Shown piece by piece: positions 1 through 9,504 of a stretch of DNA of 64,000 nt. A program made the position numbers and the translations under genes. The stretch spans positions 7,813 through 71,812 of the IMG/VR virus record IMGVR_UViG_3300050120_000012, one strand, 5' to 3'. The stretch comes from a virus. How positions within the stretch are numbered: position 1 is the first letter of the stretch; each line of letters starts with the position of its first letter. The notes beneath the pieces were generated by a model. The model was not told the origin of the DNA. It saw only the letters and a list, made by a program, of their open reading frames with translations, and did no database searches.

Positions 1-335
1 ATAAGAAACCCAAGCTTGATTGGAGTTCCATCGTCATTGTCAGAATGTGATCCAGTAGCCACAGCTTGGAGACGCTTGGCCGATTCTATTCGAGCAGAGA
101 AGTTGAACTCAACCCATGTCACAGGAAAAGGGGGATCACCTAAACGAAGATAGCTCAACAGACGTTTGCTCAACGTACTGGAGCATGACACTTGCATAAT
201 GTAATCCACAATATCATCGTCCAAGGTGAACGGAATTGCCTTCTTCATTTGCTCGCGATAGAGCTTCATTCCCGCTTTGCCATGAGACTCAACTATAGCT
301 CGATTGTAGAGATCAAGATTGCGGGTGTTCTTCAT
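1..335 (-). CDS. hypothetical protein, truncated at the window edge (MKNTRNLDLYNRAIVESHGK...)
   Basis: Hand-translated open frame from ATG at 335, which overlaps the upstream stop as ATGA, to position 1 with no stop. Not in the ORF track. Confidence 0.7.
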   Translation of the reverse strand, partial: MKNTRNLDLYNRAIVESHGKAGMKLYREQMKKAIPFTLDDDIVDYIMQVSCSSTLSKRLLSYLRLGDPPFPVTWVEFNFSARIESAKRLQAVATGSHSDNDDGTPIKLGFL

Positions 336-559
336 AGTATGTCCCAATCATCATCATCTATGGGTTTATCGCCGGGGCGTCCAAGTTCACACCATAAAAG
401 GTAGGCGGCTTTGCGATCCCATGACGCATCACTGATCTTGCCGCCGTTGGCGAACACGGCTTCATCACCGACGTTGTTCAGAGACGTACCGAAGTGGCGT
501 TCGAAGTAAATCTCGAATGGCGTCACAGCGCCGTCCTTCGGTCGATCCTTTACAGCCAT
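332..559 (-). CDS. hypothetical protein ending in DDDDWDIL
   Basis: 75 aa ORF tightly packed between its neighbours; carries the shared C-terminal motif. Confidence 0.75.
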   Translation of the reverse strand: MAVKDRPKDGAVTPFEIYFERHFGTSLNNVGDEAVFANGGKISDASWDRKAAYLLWCELGRPGDKPIDDDDWDIL

Positions 560-822
560 GCCAGCCCATTCCTTGTGATGCTGTACCGTCCGAACGGATG
601 CTTGGCGATCCAGTAGCGTCCGTGGCAGACCATCATCCCGGACAGCGCACCTTGGACGGAGGATTCGGTGACGATGAAGTGTGTGCCGTCCGGCCTTAGC
701 ACATGGGACAACACCTTGGCGATGTCTTTGGCGTACAGCGGCCCTAGCTCCTGAATCCGCGCCGCGTGCAGCACCATGAGAACCTGACGCTGGAGCGGCC
801 CCGGCTTGCCTTGCTTCGCCAT
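550..822 (-). CDS. putative winged-helix DNA-binding protein
   Basis: From MAKQGKPG: LQRQVLMVL..AKDIAKVL..VTESSVQGALSGM..YSITRNG resembles a wHTH pattern. Confidence 0.5.
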   Translation of the reverse strand: MAKQGKPGPLQRQVLMVLHAARIQELGPLYAKDIAKVLSHVLRPDGTHFIVTESSVQGALSGMMVCHGRYWIAKHPFGRYSITRNGLAWL

Positions 823-872
823 GGATTGCTTGCGGTGGCGCTCGCCGTTCTTCGCTGGATCGCGACGACGGC

Positions 873-1022
873 TCACGATCCTATCCAGCACGGCGACGAG
901 ATGATCTCGATCAGGCCGAAGAACAGGCACAGCATACGCGCCGAAGCGTCCATGCGGGGATTGCGGGTGAAGACGCCCCATATGAACAGGACCATGAAGA
1001 AGATCGCGATGAACCACTTCAT
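873..1022 (-). CDS. small membrane protein
   Basis: Two hydrophobic stretches, MKWFIAIFFMVLFIWGV and MLCLFFGLIEII. Confidence 0.5.
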   Translation of the reverse strand: MKWFIAIFFMVLFIWGVFTRNPRMDASARMLCLFFGLIEIISSPCWIGS

Positions 1023-1085
1023 GACAGGTACAGCGCCAGTGCGCCACACAGGACTGCGCCAGCGATGCACAGTGCGATTGCGAGA

Positions 1086-2144
1086 TTAGTACGAGAAGTC
1101 ATCATCGGATACCTCCTGAAGGGCTGTTTTGGCTTGTTCGATGCCGTGTTCGATCTGTTGACGTTGGACGCTTTGCAGACGGACACGTTCGGCATTCAAA
1201 GCCTCTACAGGATCGACCTTTTCAGTTGGTGGAGAAAGAAGGTCAATGCCGAGTAACTTTGCAGCCATGAAGATGCCTTGACGTTGGTAGTTTGACAGCA
1301 ACGTCTCATCGTCAATCATCTGACGGAACGCATCTTCGACGTGGCCTTTGTCGGCCTGCATCTCGCGAAGTTTCTTCTCACGCTCGACGCGCCGGGCTTC
1401 GTCTTCGACCACACGGCGAGCCTTGGCCGTCGTATGCAGTTCCATGTCCGCGCGGTCTTTGTTGATGATGTCCTGACGCAGCGGCACAAGTCCATCTGCG
1501 ATCATGGATGGAATTTGCATGAGCGCGTATTCCTTCGACGCAAACCGCTTGGCGTCGGACTTCGTTTCGCGCTTCTCGCCGCTGATCTCATAGCGCCGAA
1601 TGTAGTTCAGCGTGTCACCCATCCTCGGATCGGGCATGTCGCCCTTCTCATAGTCGCCGTAGCGAGCGGCGGACTCAAAGCCCCTGATCTCCCACGACTT
1701 GCCCCATCCGCTTTCGATGCAGACGAAGGCGACAATCCGATTGGGATCATCGGCGTCGGCCAAGACGCCCGTATCGATGACGGGATAGACGGACTTCCAT
1801 GTGTATTTGGAAATGCCGAATGGCTTGGAATCGTTGAGCGCGAACCGTTCGCCGAGGACATAGCCGATGGGTTCAGCCTTCAGCTTCTTCGCCAGATACT
1901 TCGATTGGCAAGCGCCACACACGTCATGCGCCCATTCGAACTTTGTGAACTGCGAATAGGAGCCGGTGTCGCAATAGACGCGCTCAATCCGGTCGCGGTT
2001 ATCGGTTTGGGAGTAGGCGACGGCGTATTTGTCGCCACAGAGAGATTTGACAGACCACCGCGCTTCACCTTCGCGTCCGGGTGACGCCGGTTCGATAGCT
2101 CCGATCAGATGCTTTTGGTGAGAAGACCGTTGTGAACGCGCCAT
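1086..2144 (-). CDS. hypothetical protein (352 aa, coiled-coil C-terminal half, acidic tail DDDFSY)
   Basis: Long ORF; AGGAG-type RBS upstream on the minus strand. Confidence 0.8.
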   Translation of the reverse strand: MARSQRSSHQKHLIGAIEPASPGREGEARWSVKSLCGDKYAVAYSQTDNRDRIERVYCDTGSYSQFTKFEWAHDVCGACQSKYLAKKLKAEPIGYVLGERFALNDSKPFGISKYTWKSVYPVIDTGVLADADDPNRIVAFVCIESGWGKSWEIRGFESAARYGDYEKGDMPDPRMGDTLNYIRRYEISGEKRETKSDAKRFASKEYALMQIPSMIADGLVPLRQDIINKDRADMELHTTAKARRVVEDEARRVEREKKLREMQADKGHVEDAFRQMIDDETLLSNYQRQGIFMAAKLLGIDLLSPPTEKVDPVEALNAERVRLQSVQRQQIEHGIEQAKTALQEVSDDDFSY

Positions 2145-2183
2145 TATTGCAGGCTCCTATGTGAGACGATTGAGAAGTACGTT

Positions 2184-2531
2184 CTAGTCGGTCTTTTCAG
2201 GATAGTCAACCGGCCTGTGAATGGAAACAATCTTCGGCCCTTCGATTGCTTCCACCGCCGACGTGTAAGACCGGAATACCCCATCTTCGCCCCAATTCCG
2301 GCACGGACGCCATCCCCGAACTGTCTTGCCGTCCTCTATGCGAGGGTCTTTCATGTCGCCGTACCACTCAACGCGAAAGCGATGTGGCTCATAGATCGGA
2401 AGTTCTATGATCCTCATGTCGCCAAGCTTAGGCTCAGTTCGATAGTCTGAGATAAGCTCATAGGAAAAGTTCTTATCCCGATCCAGCATGTAGTCCGGCT
2501 TCTCAAAATGATTTGAGCCGATCTCTTTCAT
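2184..2531 (-). CDS. hypothetical protein
   Basis: ORF from MKEIGSNH, fits the operon packing. Confidence 0.65.
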   Translation of the reverse strand: MKEIGSNHFEKPDYMLDRDKNFSYELISDYRTEPKLGDMRIIELPIYEPHRFRVEWYGDMKDPRIEDGKTVRGWRPCRNWGEDGVFRSYTSAVEAIEGPKIVSIHRPVDYPEKTD

Positions 2532-2550
2532 GGGGCGACGTGTGAACATA

Positions 2551-2757
2551 CTAGAACTGGCCTTTGCTGTTGCGCGACAGGACGCGATATTGATTGTGGG
2601 GATTTGTCTGGCCGCAGGACTTCGCGTATTGCTCCGCGACCGGCTTGCTGTTGAAGGCGCAGATCGTCTCCCATCCGGCAAAGCCGGACGGGGTTTTCAC
2701 TTCGACGATATGCTCCAGCGTGTAATACCGGCTGGACCGCTTCACAGCTTCACCCAT
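2551..2757 (-). CDS. hypothetical protein
   Basis: Short ORF abutting the upstream gene; start uncertain. Confidence 0.55.
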   Translation of the reverse strand: MGEAVKRSSRYYTLEHIVEVKTPSGFAGWETICAFNSKPVAEQYAKSCGQTNPHNQYRVLSRNSKGQF

Positions 2758-3356
2758 ACAGGTTCGTTGAAACCACCCTTGCGGAAGGATGTCTCCCAAT
2801 CCTTCATGCGATGTTCCTGATAGGTGATGTAGTCCGTGGTGCGCTTGATCTCGCCGTCACGCTGGCGCAGATCGGACGCCATAGCATCTTCGAACTGATA
2901 CATCGAATAGGTGCGGAAATTGGCGGCGTGTTCAGCCTTGACGGCTTCAAAGTTCTCGCGAGTGAGTTCATGTCGCATAGGCTTGCGACCACTCGGGCAG
3001 TCAGACGAACGGGCGACCCGGAGGGAGTAGCAGAACTGGACCGGCGCGGTTTCAGCCGCCACCGCAGCCCGCGCCGCCGTGATGCGCTCCAGACGGTCCT
3101 TCTGGCCTGCCACATGGTCCTCCAGCACGGTCTTCTCAACCTCAAAGGGGAGACGGCGAGCGCCGGGGCAGGAGGCCGTTTGCCAGCCCTCGCCGGGCCG
3201 CTCATAGCCGTGGTGGGCGATCACGCCGGACTCGGCGAAGATGCGCCGGGCGCATATCTGACAGGTCTTAGCCTGACGGTCCTTTTCGGCCTTCTCGGCG
3301 GCGATCTCAGCCGCAGGACGGGGAGGGGATTTGCGTTGACCGTAGCGACTAAACAT
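2742..3356 (-). CDS. hypothetical protein with putative Zn-binding motif
   Basis: CQIC...HHG...C pattern, 204 aa. Confidence 0.75.
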   Translation of the reverse strand: MFSRYGQRKSPPRPAAEIAAEKAEKDRQAKTCQICARRIFAESGVIAHHGYERPGEGWQTASCPGARRLPFEVEKTVLEDHVAGQKDRLERITAARAAVAAETAPVQFCYSLRVARSSDCPSGRKPMRHELTRENFEAVKAEHAANFRTYSMYQFEDAMASDLRQRDGEIKRTTDYITYQEHRMKDWETSFRKGGFNEPVWVKL

Positions 3357-3425
3357 GAGCGAGCTTTCCTATAGCGGTTGCTGATAGGAGAACTTCTAAA
3401 TCGTCTTTTCGTTGCAGTCAACAGG

Positions 3426-3953
3426 TTATTTTGGACCCGGACTAGACCGCTCTTTTTCGATCTCCGCGTGGTAGTCGTGCTTCTTCAAACGCCCCTTGGC
3501 CGCGTTGGATAGAAGCTGTGTGAAGCCGTAGTCGTGCAGCACCGGCTTGCCGTCGATCAATCCCCAATTCTTCAAGTCCATGTCCACGATCCACGACGGG
3601 ACCTTCAGCGGCATATCCTTGATCTCCATCGGCTTTGTCTTGTGCTGGATCAGCACCATGCCGTTGTCAGAGATGTATTCGCACGGCGCGATCCACTTGG
3701 CCGCTTCCGGCTTATCTTTGATCGCCTGCCATAGCTCCCATTCCATCACGTTCTGGAATGTGTGGACGTTGGTCTCAAACTTGAACACCCATCGCGGGTT
3801 TTGATTGCAGCTATAGACGTGACGCGAGATGCCATAGCCGATCTTGTCACCAATGATGAGATGACAGAAGTCCATCGATAGTCGGCCTGTGAAGTAGTCT
3901 TCGATTTCCACGATTCTATCCCCGTTGGCTATCGATGTCCGAATCGCCGTCAT
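3426..3953 (-). CDS. small protein-kinase-like (Ser/Thr kinase fold) protein
   Basis: IGYGISRHVY Gly-loop, VFK lysine, NVME helix-C Glu, DMDLKNWG catalytic loop, HDYG (DFG-like). Confidence 0.7.
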   Translation of the reverse strand: MTAIRTSIANGDRIVEIEDYFTGRLSMDFCHLIIGDKIGYGISRHVYSCNQNPRWVFKFETNVHTFQNVMEWELWQAIKDKPEAAKWIAPCEYISDNGMVLIQHKTKPMEIKDMPLKVPSWIVDMDLKNWGLIDGKPVLHDYGFTQLLSNAAKGRLKKHDYHAEIEKERSSPGPK

Positions 3954-4197
3954 CGTCTTCATCCTCTGGCGAACATTCGTCGCAATAGAGTTCGCCGTTC
4001 TTATCTTTGCCGAGATCGGATACGTCGGACCACCAGCTACAGCCGGTGCAGCAAAACACGCGATCATCCAACTCTTGACAAAATGTTATGTCATTCTCTT
4101 CTCCGTCTTCACAGACTTCGTGGATCGACTTGCACGTTCCGACTAGATCGTTGGCGACGACTTCGGCTCGCGCCTTCATCAATTCAGAGCTTGGCAT
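3916..4197 (-). CDS. hypothetical Zn-finger protein
   Basis: CTGC...CDEC motifs, acidic. Confidence 0.7.
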   Translation of the reverse strand: MPSSELMKARAEVVANDLVGTCKSIHEVCEDGEENDITFCQELDDRVFCCTGCSWWSDVSDLGKDKNGELYCDECSPEDEDDDGDSDIDSQRG

Positions 4198-4414
4198 TCT
4201 CACACTCCAGACTCACAGGCGGATGGACTTCGCCCAAGATGCGCAGATGGACATAACCACCGGCCAAGAGACAGGCGATCTCATCGTCAGATGGACGCCA
4301 GCGCGTCACCATGCACGGAATGCCGCCAAGGTCTTCATCGCGAATGTGGAGTGGCTTATAGCCCTGATCCAGCCCGACGCAGCGCGTGTGATTGGGGATA
4401 CGTTCTGAGTTCAT
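4184..4414 (-). CDS. conserved phage hypothetical protein
   Basis: WRPSDDEIACLLAGGYVHL...HPPVSL, a pattern I recognise from phage proteins; ATGA coupling. Confidence 0.7.
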   Translation of the reverse strand: MNSERIPNHTRCVGLDQGYKPLHIRDEDLGGIPCMVTRWRPSDDEIACLLAGGYVHLRILGEVHPPVSLECENAKL

Positions 4415-4875
4415 CTGGAGACTACCCATGTCCGCCGTGCGAGGCCACAGGGGCGTAGCTCATAGCGTTTGACGGCCTCCAGCTTATCATCGTCGAGCTT
4501 CACTTGCCAGCTATCGTACACCGGGTTCCACGGCTCTTGCCCTTGGTGCGTCACGGCGCTGGAGATCACGCGCCCACGCACGTCTCTATCGACGGTCATC
4601 CCCATGCCATCGATATAGAGGAAGATCACGACATCACCTTGGATCGGTGTGTGATTGGATTGACCATTCAGATCACCAATCATGTAGTCCATCGTGATCT
4701 GTTTGCCAGTCATGTCATCCACAGCCCACATAGGCTGATCTTCATATAGATGCTCTTCGTTCGACCCATCCCACATTTTCTCCCACTTGCGATGAGTGTA
4801 CCACAGGAAGCATGTGATAAGCAGACCGACGAAGTAGAAGACGATGATCTGTAGCCAGTGTGGGGTGTGTATCAT
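4411..4875 (-). CDS. membrane-anchored hypothetical protein
   Basis: N-terminal TM segment; ATGA overlaps at both ends. Confidence 0.7.
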   Translation of the reverse strand: MIHTPHWLQIIVFYFVGLLITCFLWYTHRKWEKMWDGSNEEHLYEDQPMWAVDDMTGKQITMDYMIGDLNGQSNHTPIQGDVVIFLYIDGMGMTVDRDVRGRVISSAVTHQGQEPWNPVYDSWQVKLDDDKLEAVKRYELRPCGLARRTWVVSR

Positions 4876-5225
4876 CGTGATCCTCTTTGATTGACGCTAA
4901 GAAACATCGCGTGCATTGGACCACCGTCCTGTGATATGCTTAGCGGGTATGTGGACGCTCTTTCCATATCCACATATGACTTCTCCCCATGACATCTTGT
5001 GCCAAATCCGACTTCGATGCACCGGAAGAATGGATTTTCTGTGCTATGGTCACAGATGATCGTTGGCTTGGTGTAATGCTGGTATTGGCTCCAGCGCCAT
5101 TCCTTTAGATTGTTGAACTTCCAACGTGTCCATGTCGCACGTTGAAAGCATGTGCCGGGGCTCTTGTGGTTCAGCCTGCGTTGCTTGCGCTTGGCGTTGT
5201 TATTAGACTTGCGGATGCTACCCAT
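4872..5225 (-). CDS. hypothetical basic protein
   Basis: ORF overlapping both neighbours. Confidence 0.6.
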   Translation of the reverse strand: MGSIRKSNNNAKRKQRRLNHKSPGTCFQRATWTRWKFNNLKEWRWSQYQHYTKPTIICDHSTENPFFRCIEVGFGTRCHGEKSYVDMERASTYPLSISQDGGPMHAMFLSVNQRGSR

Positions 5226-5430
5226 CGTTCTTCAAGTCCTTTAGGTATTTGATGACATCGGACGCTTCACCGATGCCGAGATTGTCGAACCACGCTTGGA
5301 CGGTGGTGTATGCCATGTCGAAGTGTGGAAGGTCTTCATGGTCACGGTTTGTCGCGAACGTCGATATACCACAGTCGATCATAAGACCGCGAATGTAGGA
5401 CAGTTGCTTGTCCGTTGCCATGATCGCCAT
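5218..5430 (-). CDS. hypothetical protein
   Basis: ATDKQLSYI...EASDVI pattern typical of small phage proteins. Confidence 0.7.
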   Translation of the reverse strand: MAIMATDKQLSYIRGLMIDCGISTFATNRDHEDLPHFDMAYTTVQAWFDNLGIGEASDVIKYLKDLKNDG

Positions 5431-6179
5431 TAGAAACTGAACCCATCATCGTCGGTTGCTGGAGCATCTTCTTCGAAGCCGAAGTCTGGCTCTAGCTCTT
5501 CGACATCATCTGGACCGAAGTCAGCATCGTCTTCAGCTTCTCCGCCGCCTCGCGCTTCCCGGTGTGTCTTGAGGTAGGCTGACAGATCACCGACAGAAAG
5601 CTCGCGAACGTCGGCGGCGAAGTCTCCAGCGGCGTCGGACGCCACAGTGAAATCAACGGATCGTTCCGGCCAATCCACAAGTTGGGGCGGGAGCTTGCCT
5701 GTGTATGGGGATGCAGCCCACTTGCGCCCGTCCGCATTCGCCCGAATACGGTCTCGGACATAGCTTTTGACGGATTCATCAAGGGGGAACTCCAACTGAA
5801 AGACGCTCATGAAGTTGATGACTGTATGCTCGGATGGAGCTTCGCGCAACTGGTGAGATCGTGCGGACGCAGCTTCGATCCATTCGATGGGCCAGATGTC
5901 CATGACCTGCCATAGCGGAAAGAAGTTGAAGGACTGCGCAGCAAGTTTGTCCACAACGTACATGCCAAGCTCAGTGATCGTGACGGACCCGTCATCGTCC
6001 ACGCCTTCGATGATCCCGGCCCATATCAGTTTGTAGGCATGGTTCAGATAGATCGGCGCAACTTGGCCGACATCACCGATGGAGTTCTCCAGCCATGAAC
6101 GCATAAACATGATCGACCGGCGATCCATGTACGCGGGATCATAAAGCATTGGCATCCAATCTCTCCATTGTATTTTCAC
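5430..6179 (-). CDS. hypothetical protein, possible wHTH, long acidic tail (EPDFG...DDDGFSF)
   Basis: Long ORF; probable GTG start overlapping the upstream stop; start uncertain. Confidence 0.7.
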   Translation of the reverse strand: MKIQWRDWMPMLYDPAYMDRRSIMFMRSWLENSIGDVGQVAPIYLNHAYKLIWAGIIEGVDDDGSVTITELGMYVVDKLAAQSFNFFPLWQVMDIWPIEWIEAASARSHQLREAPSEHTVINFMSVFQLEFPLDESVKSYVRDRIRANADGRKWAASPYTGKLPPQLVDWPERSVDFTVASDAAGDFAADVRELSVGDLSAYLKTHREARGGGEAEDDADFGPDDVEELEPDFGFEEDAPATDDDGFSF

Positions 6180-6484
6180 GACACACCGTTGTCGTATATC
6201 CACGTTGTGTTATCGCCGTCGATCCTGCCTAGCGCGAACGCAAACCAATCTTCGACGAAATCGTCACCGACTTCATATCGCTCGACGACGCAGACCATAT
6301 AGTTCGTCTTTTGCTCAGTCGAATCTTCGATCAGCATAGCAGTACCGATCTGTGTCACGACTGAGTTCAACTCATCTATGGTCATCTCTTCTGGAAATGA
6401 CACATAGAGTTCCTGTAGCAGTTCACCGTAATTCTCAAGCGACGGCGGGCTATCGAACATTGTGCTGATCGATAGCCTATTCAT
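6176..6484 (-). CDS. hypothetical acidic protein
   Basis: ORF from MNRLSIST overlapping the upstream gene. Confidence 0.6.
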   Translation of the reverse strand: MNRLSISTMFDSPPSLENYGELLQELYVSFPEEMTIDELNSVVTQIGTAMLIEDSTEQKTNYMVCVVERYEVGDDFVEDWFAFALGRIDGDNTTWIYDNGVS

Positions 6485-6743
6485 CGCGTATCCGAATGTC
6501 TGGATTGATACCGCGTACTTGAACTGCGCCACAGGTGTCGCATGTACGGGTTTGATGGAACGACTGCCACCGACTGATCCGCGTGTCTTCCATATCGTAC
6601 ATATCGATGATCTCGCGCTCGCGGTTCAACGCATAGGGCTTTGACCACTTGCCCCATTGGTGGTGATGCTTGAACTTCCACCACAAAGACGCGATGGCTG
6701 CGATCACAAAACCGGCGATGAACATCATCTGATTGATGGTCAT
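6477..6743 (-). CDS. membrane-anchored hypothetical protein with CxxC
   Basis: N-terminal TM, H-x-W-x-KWS and RTCDTCG. Confidence 0.7.
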   Translation of the reverse strand: MTINQMMFIAGFVIAAIASLWWKFKHHHQWGKWSKPYALNREREIIDMYDMEDTRISRWQSFHQTRTCDTCGAVQVRGINPDIRIRDE

Positions 6744-7201
6744 AGCGTTACCCTTGGCTGAAACAGCTTTGGCATCTTCAGCCGGTCAAACCGGCCAAGT
6801 TCATCAAACATGATGGTCGGACGAACGTACAGCCGTGGATGGTGGGGCCAGATATGCACATACAGCGTCATATCCTCTTCCGTCTCTGTATGGAAGACGT
6901 TTGATGATAGACGCAGATAGATACCACCCTTCTTATGACGGAAGAGAAAGCCCTTTTGCGGACGGATGACCGGCGGTGGCATGTAGTCGGTGAAGCCTCC
7001 GAAGTCCCACTCCAGACACAGATACCGCACGGCGCGGTACTCTTCATCGGTTGCGTGCTTCTCCGGTGGATTGAACCACTCCCAACGATTCGTCAGGACG
7101 TACCCGGCCTTCTGTAGAAACTGGATAGCGTTCTGATCCGCACAGTTGGTCGGACCTAGATTGGTGAAGAACTCATGCTCTTCTGGCGGACCACTAGGCA
7201 T
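6740..7201 (-). CDS. DUF1653-like domain protein
   Basis: C-terminal LFRHKKGGIY...HTETEE...Y...YVRP..MF matches DUF1653. Confidence 0.65.
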   Translation of the reverse strand: MPSGPPEEHEFFTNLGPTNCADQNAIQFLQKAGYVLTNRWEWFNPPEKHATDEEYRAVRYLCLEWDFGGFTDYMPPPVIRPQKGFLFRHKKGGIYLRLSSNVFHTETEEDMTLYVHIWPHHPRLYVRPTIMFDELGRFDRLKMPKLFQPRVTL

Positions 7202-7535
7202 CGATCAGTTCCTTGTCCACCTTGAGACGTCTTCGCTCCCGTGACTTCAACGCCTTCTTTATGATCTTGAACCCGGCCTTCATGACAGTGACGGCCTTGT
7301 CCAGACGTTTCAGGTCTTTCTCGGTCCATCGGTCATCGTTCTCAACGGACTCGATTAGGCATTCGAGTTCATGGACTTCATGGCGCAGATTGCCATAGTT
7401 GATCCACGCCATCTGATCCTTGATCGGCGGAAACTTCGTCGGACCTGTGTCCGGGAAGATTTCGCCTTGCGGACGCTCTTTGGAGCCCGGCTTTGGCCGT
7501 GGTGGCTCATAGTATCCGCCGCCCCATCCACCCAT
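7194..7535 (-). CDS. hypothetical protein
   Basis: ORF from MGGWGGG, TAATG coupling. Confidence 0.65.
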   Translation of the reverse strand: MGGWGGGYYEPPRPKPGSKERPQGEIFPDTGPTKFPPIKDQMAWINYGNLRHEVHELECLIESVENDDRWTEKDLKRLDKAVTVMKAGFKIIKKALKSRERRRLKVDKELIDA

Positions 7536-7816
7536 TACGTTTGCCTCCAGAATGGACATGCGCCGCGTTTGCCGAAGCATTGCGCACACGTCTTGCCGCC
7601 GTACACGCCACTATGGCGCTCGACATCAACTTTGCATAGCTCGCGACGGTGGACGCCGATGTCCACACCACGCTTCTGATCCAGCGTGTATTGATCGAAC
7701 GCAGCGCGCTTATGCTTGTCTTTGTTCGCCGCCGCATGTTGACCGGGCAACGGCTGGAAATCCGGGATGCTATAGCTGAAACCGGCGTACACATAGACTA
7801 GGTTATTCGCCATCAC
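7535..7816 (-). CDS. hypothetical protein with Cys-rich C-terminus
   Basis: GGAGG RBS; CAQC..C. Confidence 0.65.
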   Translation of the reverse strand: MMANNLVYVYAGFSYSIPDFQPLPGQHAAANKDKHKRAAFDQYTLDQKRGVDIGVHRRELCKVDVERHSGVYGGKTCAQCFGKRGACPFWRQT

Positions 7817-7958
7817 ATGCCTCCATAAGCCATTGCTCGCACTTGTTCACGCGAGCTTCACGTTCCTCTTGGGATTGCTTGGGCGGCCACTTGCGGCTTT
7901 CGTCGATCATCGCGACCATGAGTTGGCGGACTAGACGGGCTTGACGTTTGGTCATCAT
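7803..7958 (-). CDS. small hypothetical protein (51 aa, MMTKRQARLV...)
   Basis: Hand-translated; ATGA coupling to the upstream gene; fills the gap. Confidence 0.55.
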   Translation of the reverse strand: MMTKRQARLVRQLMVAMIDESRKWPPKQSQEEREARVNKCEQWLMEACDGE

Positions 7959-8173
7959 TGTTCTTTGAACCTGTCTTCTTCCGGGATTTGATCCAGAATG
8001 GATTGTAGCCGCTTCTCTGTCTTTCTGAGATCACGGACGCAGTTCTGCCAATCGCCTCTGACCCATATCCTACCTTCGCCGCGTTCAATCATGTCCGCGA
8101 TGGTTTTGATGGTGCGGACATCGCGCGATCCGAGGACGATGCAAACCGTTGCGTTGGTCTTCTCATTGCTCAT
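7955..8173 (-). CDS. hypothetical protein
   Basis: ORF from MSNEKT with GAGG upstream. Confidence 0.65.
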   Translation of the reverse strand: MSNEKTNATVCIVLGSRDVRTIKTIADMIERGEGRIWVRGDWQNCVRDLRKTEKRLQSILDQIPEEDRFKEQ

Positions 8174-8762
8174 CGTAATCCCTCGGATTGTCATGCGGAC
8201 AGATGGGCTTGTAATTGCCCTCTACATGCTGTGGACAGCGGACGAACTCGCAATCGCCGTCCTTCTGAGCTTTGCAATGGATTGGACCATCGTCGAGCCC
8301 ATTACGGACAGCTTTTGGACATTTGGCGAGGACTTGGCCGTCGCCTTCGTCACGCCAGAACGCGCCAGTGCAGATCGCCTCTTCACGACTGCACTTGCCG
8401 TCTTTGTAGCTCCAGCCGCAAACGTCATAGAATGCAGGACGCGGGCCTGACATCGGATATGTCGTGACCGTTGCTTTCTCATCCTTGGCGTTGGGAATAG
8501 TGTGTCTATCAATGAACGGATCATTCTCGCCCCCGAAAATGGTGGTTTTGACTTCGAACGCACCAACGCGCTCGACGTGTTGTTGAAGGATTGGCTCCAT
8601 GGACGCTTTCAACGCCTCCGAATGCCGATCCATGGCGTCGTTATGCCATGACATTGCTTCGATCAGACGTTGGTTCGACTCTTGGATCGTGTGAGCCGCA
8701 CGTTGCATGTCTTCAGCGGCGGACTGCATCATGCGAGCCGCGCGAATTGCATCTTCGCTCAT
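8163..8762 (-). CDS. hypothetical protein, coiled-coil N-terminus and Cys-rich C-terminus
   Basis: ORF from MSEDAIR, ATGA coupling; CKAQKDGDC..CPQ..CP. Confidence 0.7.
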   Translation of the reverse strand: MSEDAIRAARMMQSAAEDMQRAAHTIQESNQRLIEAMSWHNDAMDRHSEALKASMEPILQQHVERVGAFEVKTTIFGGENDPFIDRHTIPNAKDEKATVTTYPMSGPRPAFYDVCGWSYKDGKCSREEAICTGAFWRDEGDGQVLAKCPKAVRNGLDDGPIHCKAQKDGDCEFVRCPQHVEGNYKPICPHDNPRDYDEQ

Positions 8763-9307
8763 TTGCGATACCGATCTGTATTGAGAAAACCGGGAGTGGT
8801 TTCTTCGGTGAATTTGCACGGTTCATCGGTCATCGCGAACCTATTGGTTTCAATCATTTCATCAATGATCTTGGCCGCATCTTCCGCATCATGCTCCATG
8901 CCCTTTGACGGGCGCGATTGCAGTTGCTTCATGATCTCGCTGGCTCGGTATATGTACCCCGATCCTTCAACTTTCTTGAATGCTAGGTCTTCTAGGATCG
9001 CGTTGGGTTCCATCGCTTGCTCATAGGTCATGCCCTGCGACTTGTGAGAGACCATGACGGTACTCCAGATCACTTCGTCGCCGTTGAGGATGGCTACACC
9101 GACCGGGCCATAGCTCATCATGCCGGTGCGGCTCTCCAGCGCGACCCGGTGGGCGTCAACGTCGCCAAAGATGGCCTGTGAGCCCGCGAGGTAAGCGACG
9201 GCGTGTGACCGGGCTGTGGCGTCGTCTGGCGCGGCGAGGAACACCGTGCCGATATGCCAAGAGATGGTCCCGTCCTTACCGTGGATGGAAGCGTGGTAAA
9301 TGTTCAT
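8759..9307 (-). CDS. hypothetical protein
   Basis: 182 aa ORF downstream of a promoter-like element. Confidence 0.7.
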   Translation of the reverse strand: MNIYHASIHGKDGTISWHIGTVFLAAPDDATARSHAVAYLAGSQAIFGDVDAHRVALESRTGMMSYGPVGVAILNGDEVIWSTVMVSHKSQGMTYEQAMEPNAILEDLAFKKVEGSGYIYRASEIMKQLQSRPSKGMEHDAEDAAKIIDEMIETNRFAMTDEPCKFTEETTPGFLNTDRYRK

Positions 9308-9328
9308 GTGAAACCCTGTGAAGTCGTC

Positions 9329-9358
9329 AGATTAGGCGGACTAGACCGGCTTTGTCAA
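9329..9358 (-). promoter_or_regulatory. sigma70-like promoter TTGACA-N18-TAATCT
   Basis: Minus strand reads ttgacaaagccggtctagtccgcctaatct, upstream of 8759..9307. Confidence 0.5.
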
Positions 9359-9504
9359 TCACCTTCAATGACGATTCCGCCACCCTTGCCTGCAACGAAG
9401 ATGCGTTCGGGTTCGGAGAATTGCTTATCCGTCTTACTTGTCATGAACACGTCTTCGTCTTGATCGTGCTTTTCCAGTTCAGCAACTAGATCACGGACTT
9501 TCAC
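9355..9504 (-). CDS. small hypothetical protein (MKVRDLVAELEK...)
   Basis: Hand-translated 49 aa; GTGA overlap; MxVxxLxxxL start is typical of phage microproteins. Confidence 0.65.
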   Translation of the reverse strand: MKVRDLVAELEKHDQDEDVFMTSKTDKQFSEPERIFVAGKGGGIVIEGD

